DNA of 27,082 nucleotides from Flavobacteriia bacterium (GTDB lineage: Bacteria > Bacteroidota > Bacteroidia > Flavobacteriales_D > Crocinitomicaceae): assembly GCA_947455255.1 (NCBI GenBank), contig CANGOA010000029.1, positions 1 through 27,082 on the forward strand, written 5' to 3'. Of this stretch, positions 19,238 to 25,366 are shown piece by piece (the first letter of the stretch is position 1; each line of letters starts with the position of its first letter). The notes under the pieces were generated by a model. The model was not told where the DNA came from. It saw nothing but the letters and a program-made list of their open reading frames with translations, and did no database searches. Position numbers and translations under genes: made by a program.

Positions 19238-20064
19238 AATTTTGGCGGCTCTTCTAAAATATTACAACGCATAAATGCGTCAACCATTATGATCAGTAAT
19301 CCAATTTTAATAGCTTCAATTGGTAAATCTGTAATAGGATTACTTGAGTTTTCTATAATTTTCCAAAGTTCATTTTCAACATTCTCTATTATAATATCTG
19401 CATTTGCTCTTATCCCTTCAAAATCTTTGTGCTTTCCTTTTTCTTTAAGATAAATTGTTTTAATATTTTGAAGTACAAATTCTTTTTTAGTTGAGCCTTG
19501 TTTCTCAATTTCCTCGTAAATTTTATTTAATTTCCCTTGATAAATAGCGTATTCTTCAATTACTGGCTTGAATAGAATAACATTATTGTGTGAAATTTTA
19601 TCTGTTGTATCAGGTGCATTAGTTGGGTCTTCTGTATTAGAATGATCAAATATTCGATTTCCTACAAACCCAACAATAATATTTAAAGCAGATGGATGTT
19701 TTACAAGAATAATACTTCCCGATATTAATTTAAGAATTTTGGCTTCGTGTTCTGTCTTCCATTTTTTAAGAAGAGAGACAGGAAACCTAGTTTCATTTTC
19801 TTTATTATCAATTATTGTATGATGTTCATCACAAAGTAAAATTAAATTACTAAAATCTCTTCTTTCATCATCAGTCATGTTCTCATTCCATCTTGGACCA
19901 TTTTTACTTGCTGCTTCAATGTGACAGATTTTACTTATAATAGATTGCCCATCTTCAGCAATAAGATTTTTTTCACAAGACGGTTCTGCACATTGATTAC
20001 CAGACAACTTATCAAGTCGTCTGATTGTGCTAGGTTTATATTGTCTTGCTTTATCGTTTGCCAT
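19234..20064 (-). CDS. HNH-nuclease domain protein (effector candidate, LmuA-like position) with a C-terminal domain of about 190 aa of unknown function
   Basis: HNH zinc-finger/catalytic motif near the N-terminus: C-x4-C (CAEPSC) ... CHIEAASKNG ... N (WNEN / SNLILL) ... C-DEHH (LLCDEHHTII). Confidence 0.6.
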   Translation of the reverse strand: MANDKARQYKPSTIRRLDKLSGNQCAEPSCEKNLIAEDGQSIISKICHIEAASKNGPRWNENMTDDERRDFSNLILLCDEHHTIIDNKENETRFPVSLLKKWKTEHEAKILKLISGSIILVKHPSALNIIVGFVGNRIFDHSNTEDPTNAPDTTDKISHNNVILFKPVIEEYAIYQGKLNKIYEEIEKQGSTKKEFVLQNIKTIYLKEKGKHKDFEGIRANADIIIENVENELWKIIENSSNPITDLPIEAIKIGLLIIMVDAFMRCNILEEPPKL

Positions 20065-20081
20065 TTTTATTTTTACATTAT

Positions 20082-20093
20082 TGTAAATTTACA
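20082..20093. promoter_or_regulatory. Perfect 12-bp palindrome TGTAAATTTACA, 18-29 bp upstream of the HNH-gene start codon; possible operator
   Basis: Read directly from the sequence; lies in the core promoter region of the three-gene operon. Confidence 0.3.
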
Positions 20094-20290
20094 TTTTTTT
20101 GAATAAAATCAAGCTTAAAAACGCGGTTTTATTACAAATTTTCAATGTTACACAACTGTTTTATAAAAGAAATTAGTTTGTGATTTTAAAGACGAAAATC
20201 TGTCTATAATTACTAAACTTGATACTAGACTATAGTTTTATTTATTCATTCAGCCTTCAATTTCAAGTCGATAATATAATAAGTATTTAG

Positions 20291-22324
20291 TTATTCTTTA
20301 ATAATCTTATAATTTTGTTGTAGAAAATCTCCTATTTTTAAAACATAAATGCCGTTTGAAACATTTTTTAAACTTAATATGAATTGCTCACAGTTGATTA
20401 TTCCTGAAACGATTTCTTGCCCTTTATTATTAAGAAGTTTATACGGTTTATTTATAAAATTCTGGTTCGTTTCGATAGTAATTATGTCTGTGGTTGGATT
20501 TGGGTAGATTTCTAAATCTGAAAAAATCACTTCATTTATTGAAGAAATTTGATTTGATTTTGTAGTAAAATCCCACACTGTAGACCACTGACCCCATGTT
20601 TTACCATTAGATGCTCTAACTTTCCAAAAATATTTTTTTGAAGGCAAGAGAGTTGTTTTGTAAAATGTATCTATTGTAATTTGATTCTGAGGATTTCCTG
20701 TGAAATATTGATTAGTATCAATAATAACTTCATAAGTTACAGCACCAATATTATTAGACCAATTAAATGATAAAAGTGAATAATCAACATTGATTGAATT
20801 GTTCGATGGATTTAATAAATTAAAATTTTCTAATGAATATACAGTAATGTTGATAGTATCAGAATATATGCAATGATTAGAGTCTATTATTGACAATTTA
20901 ATATTATTATTTCCAATGTTGTTAATTTTGCCTTTAAAAGTTGTTTGATAGTTATTAAATATGTCGTTTGACCAAGAGTATGACTTCATTTTTAGAGGGC
21001 CAGATAAAATTACTGAATCACCCACATAAATTGTAAGGTCCTTACCCAATGAAAAAACTGGCGGATTGGTAACACGTATATCACAAAGTGATAGTGCCCA
21101 AAGACCGTCATTATTGTTACCGTAAGCTCCAAAATACAGTAAATTATCATATATCACATAACTATTGTCGGTACCATTTAAACCAATTCCACTATTAATT
21201 CCTGGTGATAAATCATTAATTAAGAATGGATTTAAAGATGAAATTGATTGTAAATTATCGTAACACCATAATTCTCGTCCATTTGTTCCATTATCAGCAT
21301 TAAAAATTAATTTGTTACCAAAAACGTTTAAATTGCTTGGAATAGAGAAATTATTTCCACTATAAATATCCAAAGCTAAAACAGGAGAGTTTTCTCCATC
21401 ATATTTCCATAATTCAGTTCCAAACTGATTTTCATGAGCTGAAAAAAACAATGTATCATTTAATATTGTTTTAAAAGTTACAAGTCCTCCATATGGCGAT
21501 GAATCAATATCGTAAACTTTTTTTGGTGTTGAAACACCATCGTAAACCCATAATTCTGAACCTGTCCCATCATTTGCGCTAAAGTACAATTTGTTTTTAA
21601 ATTGAATAAAATCATTTGGTTTTGAGCCATTGGAAGTAGCAGAAGAATTATTATTAAGATTAATATCCAATAATATTTTAGGGTTAGATGCAGAAGTAGG
21701 GAGAGACTTGTCATAAATCCATAGTTCATCTCCTGTTGTTGAATTATTTGTAGCAGCAAAAATCATTTTATTCTGAAAAACAAATGGTTTAAAGAAATTT
21801 GAAGTTTTAATTGGATTAATTGATTGATTTACCAATTGTTTTGGATTTACAGTACTTAGGGTAGATTTATCATCATATTCCCAAATTGTTCGATTAGAAT
21901 TTGATGAAATTTCAAAATACAATTTATTATCATAAACAGAAAGCCCATTAGCACGTTGACAGATATACTTTGGATTATTTTTTGAAATCGGTTGATTGTC
22001 TGAGTATGAATATAATGCATTATTATTAGTGAAAAATAGTTTCCCATTATATTCAATGTATTGTCTTGGAAAAGTACTATTCGATGAACTATCTAAATCA
22101 ATTAATAATTTTGGATTACTAGAAGAAACTGGTAATTTATTATCGTAAACCCACATTTCATTTCCACTGATTGAAGTTGAAGCTGAAAAATATAGCTTTT
22201 CATTAAAAAGATATAAGTTTCTAGGGTAATTTCCTCCTAAACTATGAATTAGAATTGGGCTTCCTTGTTGACCGAAAATCTTTATCGAATGAAATATTAA
22301 AAAATATAAAATAAATTTCCTCAT
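20291..22324 (-). CDS. T9SS-secreted protein with ELWxxDGT-type repeats, an FN3-like segment and a C-terminal T9SS sorting domain
   Basis: Signal peptide (MRKFILYFLIFHSIKIFGQQ). Six or more repeats of the ...G.ELW.YD... type (GNEMWVYDNKL, DELWIYDKSL, GSELWVYDGVS, GTELWKYDGEN, GRELWCYDNLQ). C-terminus EIYPNPTTDIITIE...YKLLNNKGQEIVSG...NGIYVLKIG matches the Por/T9SS CTD pattern. Confidence 0.8.
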   Translation of the reverse strand: MRKFILYFLIFHSIKIFGQQGSPILIHSLGGNYPRNLYLFNEKLYFSASTSISGNEMWVYDNKLPVSSSNPKLLIDLDSSSNSTFPRQYIEYNGKLFFTNNNALYSYSDNQPISKNNPKYICQRANGLSVYDNKLYFEISSNSNRTIWEYDDKSTLSTVNPKQLVNQSINPIKTSNFFKPFVFQNKMIFAATNNSTTGDELWIYDKSLPTSASNPKILLDINLNNNSSATSNGSKPNDFIQFKNKLYFSANDGTGSELWVYDGVSTPKKVYDIDSSPYGGLVTFKTILNDTLFFSAHENQFGTELWKYDGENSPVLALDIYSGNNFSIPSNLNVFGNKLIFNADNGTNGRELWCYDNLQSISSLNPFLINDLSPGINSGIGLNGTDNSYVIYDNLLYFGAYGNNNDGLWALSLCDIRVTNPPVFSLGKDLTIYVGDSVILSGPLKMKSYSWSNDIFNNYQTTFKGKINNIGNNNIKLSIIDSNHCIYSDTINITVYSLENFNLLNPSNNSINVDYSLLSFNWSNNIGAVTYEVIIDTNQYFTGNPQNQITIDTFYKTTLLPSKKYFWKVRASNGKTWGQWSTVWDFTTKSNQISSINEVIFSDLEIYPNPTTDIITIETNQNFINKPYKLLNNKGQEIVSGIINCEQFILSLKNVSNGIYVLKIGDFLQQNYKIIKE

Positions 22325-22503
22325 TATTTTTTTGTTTATTAATTATTTACTAAATCACAATATATCTTTCACTAATTTAACTTACATTTTACAATGTAAT
22401 TATCCCCCCACAAACCTACACACTAATTTTCAACTTTTTTAGAGTATAAACACCTGTTTTTCGGTTAATTTCATCTTTTTTCTCACAAAACAACCATTCA
22501 TTT

Positions 22504-22512
22504 CCCCCCCCC
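22504..22512. repeat. Homopolymeric C9 tract in the intergenic region upstream of the T9SS gene (a C6 tract lies at 22404-22409)
   Basis: tttCCCCCCCCCag read at 22501-22514. Confidence 0.6.
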
Positions 22513-22527
22513 AGTCCCCAAAAATTT

Positions 22528-22689
22528 AATTACTACCCCCTTCGGGTAGTACAGCCACCCTATCTAAACCTGACCTTTGTTTCCGTAAGTTAGAAATTGA
22601 AACTATGAAAACAAAACGGTCAACACTTTTCAAAAAATGAACTGTTCCGCATTGCTTGTCTTAACGACAACTTGTGGATGGTCACAAAT
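22528..22689. repeat. Copy A of a ~163-bp direct repeat (97-98% identical to 25204-25366) flanking the R-M cassette
   Basis: String-for-string match to 25204-25366 apart from 3 substitutions and one 1-nt A indel; begins with the hairpin-forming ACTACCCCCTTCGGGTAGT. Confidence 0.85.
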
Positions 22690-22699
22690 TAGTAATTGA
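22605..22699 (+). pseudogene. Remnant 5' end of the SBBP surface-protein gene (duplicate of 25281-25375), truncated by a 1-nt deletion: MKTKRSTLFKK* then a 20-aa out-of-frame stub MNCSALLVLTTTCGWSQISN*
   Basis: Copy A has AAAA where copy B has AAAAA (22611-22614 vs 25291-25295), which brings a TGA in frame at 22638. Past the repeat the sequence diverges and a stop follows. Confidence 0.5.
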
Positions 22700-22780
22700 T
22701 AGAAAATCCTTTGATTTCAACCATATAAATGAAATATATTTTAGCTTTCAGATTGAGTTTAAAAGATGTACTTCTTCTGA

Positions 22781-23884
22781 TTATTTAAATCGAATTTGAA
22801 GATTAAGTTTAAAAAATAATTCTTTATTTTCTTCATATATCTCTCCAAATCCATGTCTTGAACTACTTGCAGTTTCAAGCTTCGTGTTTGCTAGTAAATA
22901 ATTTTCAAATTCGTTTTTGTTATAGATGTGATAACATAAAATTTCCCCATCAGCTTTAACAATTAAATAACCTCCAGTTGCATCGTATTCTCCTGTCCAC
23001 ACCTTTGAGGGCATCATTCCCAGAGCAATGTCTGTTAAAAAGCGTTTTATTTTGTAATTATAAAATAAATGGTTGTCAGTTGTATCAAACTTTAATGGAT
23101 TCTCTTCCTCTGTTAATTTTACTAATTCTTCAATGTTAGAATGAGAAGACGAGTAAAAATTCAACACAATGTTAGACAATATTTGAGGTAATAAACTGTC
23201 GATTAAAATTAGGTTGTTACTGAAAATGGTTCGTTGAGTTTTTACAAAAGATAATTTAGCCTCTTTTTCATTGATAACTTTAATTCTACCTTTAATATCC
23301 CTAGATAATTTTTCGCCTCTTTTTACGAAAAGTGAGTTTATCGTTTTAATGTCTATATCAGAAAATGAATGGTTTTCTATTTTATAAATAAAATTTGTTG
23401 TTTCTCCCGCATTTAATAGAGTAGAAGGATTTCCTAATTGAGATTTAATACTAAAACCTAACGATGGTTGCAGTCCTGTTCTTTGGTCATGAACTACAAT
23501 GGTAATGTCCGTTTTTGCAGAAGAACTTGCTTTCAATGAAAGACAATTTATACTTTGCATAAATTCTTCAATTTTAGGAATTGAAAATGTACCTGAATTA
23601 CTTTTGATTTCGTCTAACAAGTATTTTGCTCTTTCTTGAAATTCTGAAATAAGAATACGAAAAACTTCTTTATTGCCCGAAATTATTACAATATCGTCCT
23701 CAATTGAATATTCAAAATTCCCATTAACTTCGGAACGAAGTATTCTTAAAATTGGATAAACAAGATTTTCAAGTTTCTTTATTTCGCTATTTCCAGGATG
23801 TAATTCTTTGTCTCCTAAAAGTTTAAATAACGCATAAATTTCGCTCCATTCTCCTTTATTTCCTTTTATCATTTTTAATTCCAA
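22781..23884 (-). CDS. Putative Type II restriction endonuclease (cognate of the adjacent C5-MTase); specificity unknown
   Basis: 367-aa ORF directly downstream of, and overlapping by 29 bp, a DNA cytosine-5 methyltransferase gene on the same strand; no housekeeping-family motifs. The call rests on genomic context. Confidence 0.5.
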   Translation of the reverse strand: MELKMIKGNKGEWSEIYALFKLLGDKELHPGNSEIKKLENLVYPILRILRSEVNGNFEYSIEDDIVIISGNKEVFRILISEFQERAKYLLDEIKSNSGTFSIPKIEEFMQSINCLSLKASSSAKTDITIVVHDQRTGLQPSLGFSIKSQLGNPSTLLNAGETTNFIYKIENHSFSDIDIKTINSLFVKRGEKLSRDIKGRIKVINEKEAKLSFVKTQRTIFSNNLILIDSLLPQILSNIVLNFYSSSHSNIEELVKLTEEENPLKFDTTDNHLFYNYKIKRFLTDIALGMMPSKVWTGEYDATGGYLIVKADGEILCYHIYNKNEFENYLLANTKLETASSSRHGFGEIYEENKELFFKLNLQIRFK

Positions 23885-25136
23885 TTAATTTTAAAATCTC
23901 ATTTGCAGTCGCTTGTATTGCAGGAACAGCAACAGAGTTGCCGAATTGTTTATAAGCGGATGCGTCAGCTACTGGAATTAAAAATTCGTTTGGAAAACCT
24001 TGCAATCTTGCCCATTCTCGTGGAGTCATTTTTCGGATACCTTCACGATTTACAGTTCCTTTGATGTGTGTTGTTGGTGTAAAATCCGTAATTCTATGGT
24101 CTAAAACCAAATTTCTTTCTCTACCCATACCACCAACAACTATTGCGTTGCTGATACCGTTATCTGGAATTATTGCGTATCCAAAACCATTTCCTTTTCC
24201 TTCGTGTCGTGCTTTGTGATTAATTAAAGTTTGAACATATTGAGTGGAAAGAAAATATTTTGTTGGAGGAACTTCTTTTTCTTTGATATCTGAAAAAGCA
24301 ACTTTTTTATTTATTGGTTTAGGATATTCAAAATGTTCAATTCCTAAATCATTTCTAAAACCAACAATGTAAATTCTTTCTCGATTTTGAGGAACACCAA
24401 AATCTTTTGCATTAATAATTTGAGGTTCGGGAACGAAGTAACCTAAATCATTTCTCAATACATTTAATATTGTTGCTAATGTTTTTCCACCGTTATGATT
24501 TCTTAACCCTTTTACATTTTCTAAAAATATTGCTTTTGGTTTTTTACGTTTGATGATCTCTGCAACATCAAAAAACAATGTCCCACGAGTATCTTCAAAT
24601 CCTCCACGTTTTCCAGCAATTGAAAATGCTTGACATGGAAAACCTGCACAAAGTAACTCGAATCCGTCAGGAATAAACGCTTTTGTTTCTTCCTTTGTGA
24701 TGTCGCCAAAAGGTCGTTCTCCAAAATTTGCTTTGTAAGTACGTTTTGCTTCTTTATCCCATTCACTTGTAAAAACACATTTCCCTCCCAAATTTTGCAT
24801 CGCTAAACGGAAACCACCAATTCCTGCAAATAAATCTATGAACTTAAATTTTGGATTTTCTAAAGGAGGAAAAGGGATATCAAAAGTGTCAAATATTCCA
24901 TATTGTAAAGCCTCTTCAGCTACGACATTTGTTATCTCTTCTTCAGGATATTTATATGCTAAAATTTCTTTAGTGTATTTGATAGCATCTTTTCTATAAA
25001 ATTGTGAAACACCATTCTTGTTGTTATGCAAAAAGTGAGTAATAATCGCTTCTTTGTTGTTTTCAGGTTCAACGAGTTTGGTTTTGTATTCTTTTTCAAA
25101 TACTTTTTCCAGCGATATTTTCTCTTTTTGTTTCAT
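23856..25136 (-). CDS. DNA (cytosine-5)-methyltransferase, Type II R-M modification subunit
   Basis: Motif I FIDLFAGIGGFRLA; motif IV catalytic GFPCQAFSIAGKRGG; motif VI ENVKGL; motif VIII QNRERIYIVGF; motif X GNSVAVP. About 95-aa N-terminal extension before motif I. Confidence 0.9.
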   Translation of the reverse strand: MKQKEKISLEKVFEKEYKTKLVEPENNKEAIITHFLHNNKNGVSQFYRKDAIKYTKEILAYKYPEEEITNVVAEEALQYGIFDTFDIPFPPLENPKFKFIDLFAGIGGFRLAMQNLGGKCVFTSEWDKEAKRTYKANFGERPFGDITKEETKAFIPDGFELLCAGFPCQAFSIAGKRGGFEDTRGTLFFDVAEIIKRKKPKAIFLENVKGLRNHNGGKTLATILNVLRNDLGYFVPEPQIINAKDFGVPQNRERIYIVGFRNDLGIEHFEYPKPINKKVAFSDIKEKEVPPTKYFLSTQYVQTLINHKARHEGKGNGFGYAIIPDNGISNAIVVGGMGRERNLVLDHRITDFTPTTHIKGTVNREGIRKMTPREWARLQGFPNEFLIPVADASAYKQFGNSVAVPAIQATANEILKLIGIKNDKRK

Positions 25137-25203
25137 TCTACTTTTTCATTCTAAATTCAATTGCTAAAATACTAAATTTATCAAAGATGTCTTCGTTTGA
25201 ATC

Positions 25204-25366
25204 AATTACTACCCCCTTCGGGTAGTACAGCCACCCTATCTAAACCTGACCTTTGTTTCCGTAAGTTAGAAATTGAAACTATGAAAACAAAAACGGTAAA
25301 CACTTTTCAAAAAATGATCTGTTCCGCATTGCTTGTCTTAACGACAACGTGTGGATGGTCACAAAT
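25204..25366. repeat. Copy B of the ~163-bp direct repeat; contains the promoter/5' UTR and first 29 codons of the SBBP gene
   Basis: See copy A. Confidence 0.85.

Larger units (their letters stand above)
22690..25203. mobile_element. About 2.5-kb restriction-modification gene cassette inserted between the two ~163-bp direct-repeat copies (target-duplication-type insertion); no transposase or integrase
   Basis: MTase + REase are exactly bracketed by the duplicated promoter and 5' end of the SBBP gene. The upstream copy is a decayed remnant; the downstream copy heads the intact gene. Confidence 0.45.

Noticed and set aside
19921-20106. 61-aa plus ORF over the HNH gene start
   Set aside because: Antisense; overlaps the HNH motif coding region.
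21478-22056. 93- and 66-aa minus ORFs inside the T9SS gene in other frames
   Set aside because: Alternate frames of a gene with clear repeat and CTD structure.
22530-22548. Hairpin ACTACCC-CCTTC-GGGTAGT at the start of each 163-bp repeat as a standalone terminator
   Set aside because: No T-run follows it on the plus strand, and on the minus strand it would precede rather than follow genes. More likely part of the duplicated 5' UTR or a recombination hotspot than a terminator.
24521-24778. 85-aa minus ORF inside the MTase gene
   Set aside because: Alternate frame of a gene with all C5-MTase motifs in order.
23856-25136. Assigning the R-M system to the HpaII/MspI (CCGG) specificity group
   Set aside because: The catalytic-core motifs are generic C5-MTase motifs and specificity resides in the variable TRD; I cannot align against REBASE here. 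CCGG occurs about 7 or more times in the window versus about 14 expected, which is not decisive.
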